A DNA stretch of 31,543 bases from an uncultured bacterium (GTDB lineage: Bacteria; AUK180): positions 1 through 31,543 of the forward strand of contig CALMGJ010000036.1 of NCBI GenBank assembly GCA_937863565.1. Direction: 5' to 3'. Within the stretch, counting starts at the first letter, position 1; every line of letters begins with the position of its first letter. A program made the translations under genes and the position numbers. Below are positions 25,702-31,543 of this stretch, piece after piece. Under the pieces are notes generated by a model that was given only the letters and a program-made list of their open reading frames with translations, searched no databases and was not told where the DNA came from.

Positions 25702-26161
25702 ACATCTTCCTCACATCTATGATATAGATCTCTTTCCCGAATCTTTTAAAAAAGGATCCGATGAACGGGATCTCGGGAGTGTCTATACGCATGATCTCCT
25801 TGGCCGGCACGCCGAGCGTATCCATGATAATATCGAAACAGAACGCGATATAGTATTTCTTTAAAAATATCAGGTTCTTATCGTCACGCGTATCGGCATG
25901 CTTGAAGAAAAGGTTCAGATCAAGAACATTGTATACATAGCCTTTAAGGTTAACGATGCCCGTGAAAGGCTCATCTATGCGCTCGAGAGCGCGCATTATA
26001 TTCCCTGTAGTGATGATCAGGATATCGTCATTGGGGATCGCGAACAGTTTTTCGTTCACTTCGAAAACAAGAAAAGGGGTCTTCTCTCCGCTTTCTTCCT
26101 TCCGGATCGCTTTTGCCACTTTCTGAGTTCTTTCAAGAAGGACCTTATCGTTTTTTTGCAT
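25679..26161 (-). CDS. cheW: CheW-like coupling protein
   Basis: FLVFEVNEKLFAIP and GIVNLKGYVYNVLDL. Start moved to ATG 26161 after SD GGAGGGG. Confidence 0.85.
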   Translation of the reverse strand: MQKNDKVLLERTQKVAKAIRKEESGEKTPFLVFEVNEKLFAIPNDDILIITTGNIMRALERIDEPFTGIVNLKGYVYNVLDLNLFFKHADTRDDKNLIFLKKYYIAFCFDIIMDTLGVPAKEIMRIDTPEIPFIGSFFKRFGKEIYIIDVRKMYETYAGS

Positions 26162-26567
26162 GTCCCCTCCCTGCTGCGGCGATGATCGCATCAGCATCGT
26201 ACAACGGATAATTCCCGTTCTTTATCACGCTCGCAATAAAACCGGCATGCGGCATATTATCCTCTGCCGAAGCGAAGTCCCCCGTTTCAGTATCGATGAT
26301 ACTGTCGAACTTATCTATAAGAAATGCGTAAGGCCTGCCCTTCAGGACTATGATGAACCTGTTGATATACTCTCCTTCATATTCGGCATTCAGCAGATAT
26401 CCCAAATCCAGAAGCTCCTTTTCCTCTCCGCGGAAATTTATAAAGCCCACCGTGCTCTTCTTCTGTCCGGGAAATTCCTTGAACAGAACCGTCGGTATGA
26501 TCTCCTCGAATACGTCTACTCGGAAGGCGAAATCATATCCGGCAATAGAACATTTAAGTATTTTCAT
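26145..26567 (-). CDS. cheW: CheW-like coupling protein (divergent)
   Basis: DFAFRVDVFEEII, GFINFRGEEKELLDLGYLL, YAFLIDKFDSII. Confidence 0.82.
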   Translation of the reverse strand: MKILKCSIAGYDFAFRVDVFEEIIPTVLFKEFPGQKKSTVGFINFRGEEKELLDLGYLLNAEYEGEYINRFIIVLKGRPYAFLIDKFDSIIDTETGDFASAEDNMPHAGFIASVIKNGNYPLYDADAIIAAAGRGHAKKR

Positions 26568-26928
26568 TGATTATGGATATGATCTTCTGATAAAGGTCTT
26601 CCATTCCGAAGGGTTTCTCGATGAAATCCCGGGCACCGACTTTTTTTGCGGTCACCGTAGCCGCCTTGGCATCCCTTGTCGAGGTCAGCATGATCGGGAT
26701 ATTCTTGAACCTGTCGTCCTTTTTCATTTCGCGGACCAGAATGTATCCCGTTTTTATCGTGCCCCGCAAGATGATATCGGAAAGTACGAAATCGATCTTC
26801 TCTTTGTTCAGAATATCAACAGCTTCGTCCACGTTATCGGTAGCGAATACTTTGATGCCTTTCTGCTCGAGGAATATCTTCACCATGTTCACGAGAGTAA
26901 GGCTGTCTTCAACATACAATATATTCAT
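26554..26928 (-). CDS. Single-domain response regulator (CheY/PilH-like)
   Basis: ILYVEDS, FVLSD (phospho-Asp), IPIMLTS, FIEKPF. Confidence 0.92.
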   Translation of the reverse strand: MNILYVEDSLTLVNMVKIFLEQKGIKVFATDNVDEAVDILNKEKIDFVLSDIILRGTIKTGYILVREMKKDDRFKNIPIMLTSTRDAKAATVTAKKVGARDFIEKPFGMEDLYQKIISIINENT

Positions 26929-28334
26929 CGCTTTTCCTCCTTCAAGTTAAGCAGGGACAATTTTTCCCTCGAAAGCCCTTGCAGCTCTTCCTCTCTGAGG
27001 TGAGGCATTATGTCCCTGATCTCCTCGATTATAAACAGATCATTATTGTTGATAACTTCCGAGTAGTATGTCCTGGCAATATTGTAAAATCTGAGTTCTT
27101 CGTAAAGAAAGGCCAGGAAAAAATTGGATACCATACAGGAATGATTGAATGTAAGCGCTATCTTGAAATTCTTGATGCTTTCCGAGAAGCGCGAAAGTTC
27201 ACTGAAAAGAATGCCTTTGAGCAAATAGACGATGAAGAGCTTCACTCCCTTGCGTTCGAGACCGTCTATGATCTTTAAAGCTTTCTCATGCTCCTGATAG
27301 AAAGAAAGCACAACCGCTTTGAGAAGAGGGCCCTGAATGCCCTTCGGATAGTTCTTGATATAAGATTCCACTTTGCTCTTTGCTTTTTCGTAGTTCTCTT
27401 CGGAAATGAGTTTCCGTATCTTTTTCACTTCTTCCAGATTTTCCACGGTAAAGGGTTTAGCCTCGAAGGGCACTGATTCCGGCTCAGGCTGGATCCCTTC
27501 CTTAACGATTTTATCGAAACCATTTGCCAATTCAGATGTTTTTTCGATCTCGACCGCCTTCTGGAAGATGAAACTGTTCCGAAGAAGAAGGGTCTGGAAT
27601 TTTTTTGTGATCTGATTGATCATCTCCGTATAACCCACGAACAGGTAGCTGTTCTCGTGCATCAGATCGTAAAACTTGTTCAGCACTTTTAGTATATTGT
27701 CATTATCGAAATAGATGAAAACATTCCGGCAGAAAATAAAATCGTATTTCAGCGAATGCTGGCTGAAATCATATTCTATTAAATTCCCGAGGTGGAATCT
27801 TATGTTCTTTTTCAGCGAAGGATGGATAGCACACTCCTGTGTAGAGATCCGCTCAAAATACTTCTCCTTGAGTCCCAAACTCTGATTGCGGAACGATCCC
27901 TTTCCGTAAACGCCTTTTTTCGCCGTGTCAAGGGCTTTTTTATTGATGTCCACTGCGTAAATGATGCTGTTCTCGTAAAGTTCCGGAAAGAATTCCTTGA
28001 GCACGATGGCCAGAGTATACGGTTCTTCACCGGTCGAGCAGCCGGCTGAAAGGATGATCAGGCCGTTCCTTTTCGCGAAATGCTGCTCCACTATATCCTT
28101 GAACAGAAGGATATTGTCCTCATTCCGGAAGAAATATGTTTCGGGAACGGTGATTTTCTCGATGAAATCGCCTCTGAATTTATCATCGGAGCTCATCTTT
28201 TTCAAGATATCTTCTATATCGGAATGCGTTTCTGCGGAGAAATGCTTGGTCACTGCGGACAATTTCTCTTCGGAAATATTAATGCCGAAACGGTTGTTTA
28301 TCAGCAATTGAAGTTTTATCAGGTCTTCTGTCAT
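26925..28334 (-). CDS. cheR: CheR methyltransferase with C-terminal TPRs (WspC/FrzF-like)
   Basis: TVPETYFFR, SAGCSTGEEPYTLA, DFIFCRNVFIYF; C-terminal TPR-like helices. Confidence 0.94.
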   Translation of the reverse strand: MTEDLIKLQLLINNRFGINISEEKLSAVTKHFSAETHSDIEDILKKMSSDDKFRGDFIEKITVPETYFFRNEDNILLFKDIVEQHFAKRNGLIILSAGCSTGEEPYTLAIVLKEFFPELYENSIIYAVDINKKALDTAKKGVYGKGSFRNQSLGLKEKYFERISTQECAIHPSLKKNIRFHLGNLIEYDFSQHSLKYDFIFCRNVFIYFDNDNILKVLNKFYDLMHENSYLFVGYTEMINQITKKFQTLLLRNSFIFQKAVEIEKTSELANGFDKIVKEGIQPEPESVPFEAKPFTVENLEEVKKIRKLISEENYEKAKSKVESYIKNYPKGIQGPLLKAVVLSFYQEHEKALKIIDGLERKGVKLFIVYLLKGILFSELSRFSESIKNFKIALTFNHSCMVSNFFLAFLYEELRFYNIARTYYSEVINNNDLFIIEEIRDIMPHLREEELQGLSREKLSLLNLKEEKR

Positions 28335-29329
28335 ATAAGCATATTAAGTCTTTCCGTGATCTGGGCAGGGTCCATCACTTCGTCCGTATACCCTGAATCT
28401 ATGGCACTCTTCGGCATACCCCAGACGATCGACGTTTTCTGATCTTGAGCGATGCCCCAGCCGCCGGCCATGTGCAAATGCCTCATCCCCTCCGTTCCGT
28501 CGCTGCCCATGCCTGTCAGTATCACACCTAACGCTCCTTGTTTAAGTTCGGACATCGATTCCAGCAAATAGTCTCCGGCAGGACGGAGTCCGAAGATCGG
28601 AGGTTTTTGGTTCAGGGAGACTTTCATGTTCCTGGTTATTTCGATATGATGGTCGTCAGGCGGGAAATAGATAATGCCTCCCCTCAGTCTCTCTCCTGCC
28701 TGAGCTGTTCGTATCTCCATTTTTACGGTACCCTGGAGCCACTTGACGAGACCGGTGCTGAAGCCGGCCGAGATATGCTGAACGCAGAGAATAGGCACCC
28801 TTATATTCATGTTGAGATTAGCAAATATCTCCTTGAGTATCTTAGGGCCGCCGGTAGATGACACTACGCCTACTGCTTCGATTACCCCGGGGGAAAAGGT
28901 CTTTTTCTTCTCGACCTTTTGTATGTTCCTTCCCGCTGATGCCAATTCATGTATTTTCTGGAAGAAGATCATTTTTAGCGAAGGATTCTTTTCCCATTCT
29001 GTAATGTCCGGCTTCTCGAAAATATCCACAAGGCCGTATTTCATAACATTGAATATATTCTCGTTCTCGGACGCATTCGAAGATGCGGTCAGTATCATGA
29101 TGGGTATCGGAAATTCGGAGAGGATCTTGTCGATGGCCATGAAGCCATTGCCTCCCGGCATATGGATGTCCATCGTGATAATATCAGGACGGAATTTCTG
29201 AGCATAGTATATGGCCTCATTCCCGTTCGCCGCTTCGCACACCACTTCAAAACCGCCCTGGCTGCCGAATATTTCTCTCAGTGTCCTTCTTACGACGATC
29301 GAATCGTCGACGATCATGATCCTAATCAT
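28331..29329 (-). CDS. cheB: Chemotaxis methylesterase with receiver domain
   Basis: REC ITMDIHMP; catalytic triad motifs SSTGGP, VQHI, LTGMGSDG. Confidence 0.96.
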   Translation of the reverse strand: MIRIMIVDDSIVVRRTLREIFGSQGGFEVVCEAANGNEAIYYAQKFRPDIITMDIHMPGGNGFMAIDKILSEFPIPIMILTASSNASENENIFNVMKYGLVDIFEKPDITEWEKNPSLKMIFFQKIHELASAGRNIQKVEKKKTFSPGVIEAVGVVSSTGGPKILKEIFANLNMNIRVPILCVQHISAGFSTGLVKWLQGTVKMEIRTAQAGERLRGGIIYFPPDDHHIEITRNMKVSLNQKPPIFGLRPAGDYLLESMSELKQGALGVILTGMGSDGTEGMRHLHMAGGWGIAQDQKTSIVWGMPKSAIDSGYTDEVMDPAQITERLNMLI

Positions 29330-31424
29330 TGAAGATCCCTTTCAGTATTTCCGTCACTCTCTGCAGCGTGAAATCCCTTTTTTTTATAAAACCCTGATAA
29401 TTCCGGATCTCAGCATCGATCTGCTTGGAATCCAGGGTCGATACGAAAATAAAAGGGATGTTTTTAGTTTTCCTTCTGCGGCGGAGTGATTTCAGTAAAC
29501 CGATACCGTCCATCTTCGGCATCTGCACATCGGAGAACACCACATCGTATTCCCCTTTCACGATCTTTTCAAGAGCTTCTTCCCCGTTCGAAGCTTCGTC
29601 GACATCATAGCCGATCTCTTTGAGCAGGTTCTTCTCTATTACCCTTGTCGTGAGAGAATCCTCCACGACTATTATCCTTTTCTTAACTTCCTGGACCGTT
29701 TCTTTCTTTGCGAACTTCTTACTGAGGTCAATACCGGTCATCGAGAAATATTTTACGTCGATCACCGGCACTAATTTACCGTTCCCGAGAAGAACTCCGC
29801 CTTCGTACAGAGGGGAATTCGAAACGGGAGGATTGAACCGTTTAAGAACGGATTCGATCTGTTCGATGATCTCCTCGGCAAGAAGAGCGCAACGGGCGAA
29901 ATTATGCTCGAGGATGATGACGAATTCCTCCTCCTTGGCCATATTGAGCCCAACCACGTCGCTGAACGAAAAGACCGGTATCATCGCATTGTCGTATTCC
30001 ACGTTCAGTGTTTGCTTGATCTTTTTCAGGGGCATCTTCGATACTGAGAAGATGCCTTTTATCGATTCGAGCGGAACTGCAAAGAGCTTATCGCATGAAA
30101 CAAAAAGCAGCACTCTTATAATAGAAAGCGTAAGAGGGATGAAAAGAGCCAGTTCAAGGCCTGCACCCGGATTATTGTTGATCTCTATCTTGCCTTTCAG
30201 TTCATCTACAACGACCTTCTTAACTACATCGAGGCCTATGCCTCTTCCGGACAGTTCCGAAACGGCGGTGCGTGTGGAGAATCCCATATTGAAGATGAAA
30301 TAGAAGATGTCATTATCCGTCAGGTTCTTCTCATCCTTATCGGACAGGTATCCCATTTCGATCGCTTTTTTTGCTATCGCGGAACGGGAGAGACCGTGGC
30401 CGTCGTCCCTGCACCGTATTATAAAATAGTCAGGCGTCTGTTCGAAAGCGAGCGTGATCGTGCCTGTTTCGTTCTTGCCGATCTTGATGCGCTCCTCAGG
30501 AGGTTCTATTCCGTGGTCCATCGAGTTCCTGATCAAATGCAGAAGAGGGTCCATCACGCGCTGGAATACCTCAGCCTCAACCTCGGCATCGCCGCCTTCG
30601 ATCTGGAAATTGATCTTCTTTCCGAGTTCCTTTGAGATATCGTAGACCATTCTGGGGAATTTATCCGCAAGATGACTTACGGGGATCATTTTCAAGGAAA
30701 GGATCTCCTGTTTCAGGTCTTTCAGGAAATATTTATTGTTCTGAGTTTCACGGGAGATCTGAACAAGGGTCTCCTGAAGGTCCATCAGAAAATCCTTTTT
30801 GTTATTACTCTTTTTAATGAGTTCGCTCAAGTACTCCAGCCTTTTTTCGACATTAATAAGAAAATTATCTTTGATGATGATCATACCGAGCGAATCCATA
30901 AGGGCATTGATCTTCGTAAGAGGAACGGAAATACTCGTTCTGATTTTATCGGATTCCGATGCAACGGTTTTCGCTTGGGCTTTTTGTTCGGGAGATACCG
31001 ATTCGGGCTTATCTGCCTCGGCGCGAACAGCGCCTCCCTTTCTGATATGTTCGATCTCAGCCGCAGGACCGGCATAATCCATGACATCATTTTCACCGGC
31101 AAGTTTTTTCTTTACTTCCTCGGCGATCTGATCCGTTATTAGAAGTGACAGATTAAGAATTTCATCGGAAAAAGACACTTTCCCCGATTGAACGTCTTTA
31201 AAAAGATCCTCCCATTTATGAACGATCTCCGATACATCGGTCAGGCCGACCATTTTTGAGGAGCCTTTTAGACCGTGGAGTTCTCTGAGAATTATCCTGA
31301 TCCTCTCGTGATCACTATCGGAATTGTCCATCTCAAGAAGATTATTGGTGATCATGGTCGTTCTTTCGTCGAATTCCTGCGAGAAGAATTCCAGAAGCTG
31401 TTTCTGGGGAAGACTGTCGCTCAT
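29322..31424 (-). CDS. cheA: Hybrid CheA histidine kinase (Hpt, dimerisation, HATPase, CheW, REC; no P2)
   Basis: LHGLKGSS (Hpt His), LLHLIRNSMDHGIE, DDGHGL, GFSTR..SGRGIGLDVVK, PLTLSI and a C-terminal REC (VVEDS, FSDVQMPKMDG). Confidence 0.96.
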   Translation of the reverse strand: MSDSLPQKQLLEFFSQEFDERTTMITNNLLEMDNSDSDHERIRIILRELHGLKGSSKMVGLTDVSEIVHKWEDLFKDVQSGKVSFSDEILNLSLLITDQIAEEVKKKLAGENDVMDYAGPAAEIEHIRKGGAVRAEADKPESVSPEQKAQAKTVASESDKIRTSISVPLTKINALMDSLGMIIIKDNFLINVEKRLEYLSELIKKSNNKKDFLMDLQETLVQISRETQNNKYFLKDLKQEILSLKMIPVSHLADKFPRMVYDISKELGKKINFQIEGGDAEVEAEVFQRVMDPLLHLIRNSMDHGIEPPEERIKIGKNETGTITLAFEQTPDYFIIRCRDDGHGLSRSAIAKKAIEMGYLSDKDEKNLTDNDIFYFIFNMGFSTRTAVSELSGRGIGLDVVKKVVVDELKGKIEINNNPGAGLELALFIPLTLSIIRVLLFVSCDKLFAVPLESIKGIFSVSKMPLKKIKQTLNVEYDNAMIPVFSFSDVVGLNMAKEEEFVIILEHNFARCALLAEEIIEQIESVLKRFNPPVSNSPLYEGGVLLGNGKLVPVIDVKYFSMTGIDLSKKFAKKETVQEVKKRIIVVEDSLTTRVIEKNLLKEIGYDVDEASNGEEALEKIVKGEYDVVFSDVQMPKMDGIGLLKSLRRRRKTKNIPFIFVSTLDSKQIDAEIRNYQGFIKKRDFTLQRVTEILKGIFND

Positions 31425-31543
31425 ATTTTAAAGTGCTCCGTCTCCTGTTTCAGATCATCCGACACTTTATTGAGATTTTCGACAAGGGTAACGAGCTGAC
31501 GCGTTGAAACGGCGCTCTGGTTCGCTACGCTCGATATATCCTT
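31421..31543 (-). CDS. Methyl-accepting chemotaxis protein, 3' end only
   Basis: Not in the ORF track. Translation KDISSVANQSAVSTRQLVTLVENLNKVSDDLKQETEHFKI* fits the MCP C-terminal helix. Its stop overlaps the cheA start (ATGA). Confidence 0.8.
   Translation of the reverse strand, partial: KDISSVANQSAVSTRQLVTLVENLNKVSDDLKQETEHFKI

Noticed and set aside
26162..26197. N-terminal extension of the second CheW
   Set aside because: A strong SD precedes ATG 26161.

Overview
Gene-dense core-chromosome segment of a diderm (LPS-making) bacterium. All genes except pta lie on the minus strand. In transcription order (right to left): (1) the tail of a Wsp/Frz-like chemosensory operon (MCP end, CheA-REC, CheB, CheR-TPR, stand-alone REC, two CheW) ending in a REC-HD-GYP phosphodiesterase; (2) pta on the plus strand; (3) a ~15 kb run of 17 tightly coupled genes: class II-like cNMP phosphodiesterase, accD, folC, orphan MalK/MsmX ATPase, kdsC, lptC-like, lptB, rpoN, hpf, hprK, mannose-family PTS IIA, IIB, a GH57 glucanotransferase/amylase inside the PTS genes, IIC, IID, ptsH, ptsI; (4) a 508-aa bitopic protein with a Pro/Glu/Lys-rich linker and a possible SPOR-like C-terminus; (5) infC-rpmI-rplT-ktrB-ktrA behind a structured leader; (6) an uncharacterised operon of small exported protein, HEAT-repeat lipoprotein, TPR protein, stand-alone cNMP-binding protein and a response regulator running off the window. 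Three transcription units appear to begin with leaderless mRNAs. I saw no rRNA, tRNA, CRISPR or mobile element. All calls rest on motifs recognised by eye; no database search was run.
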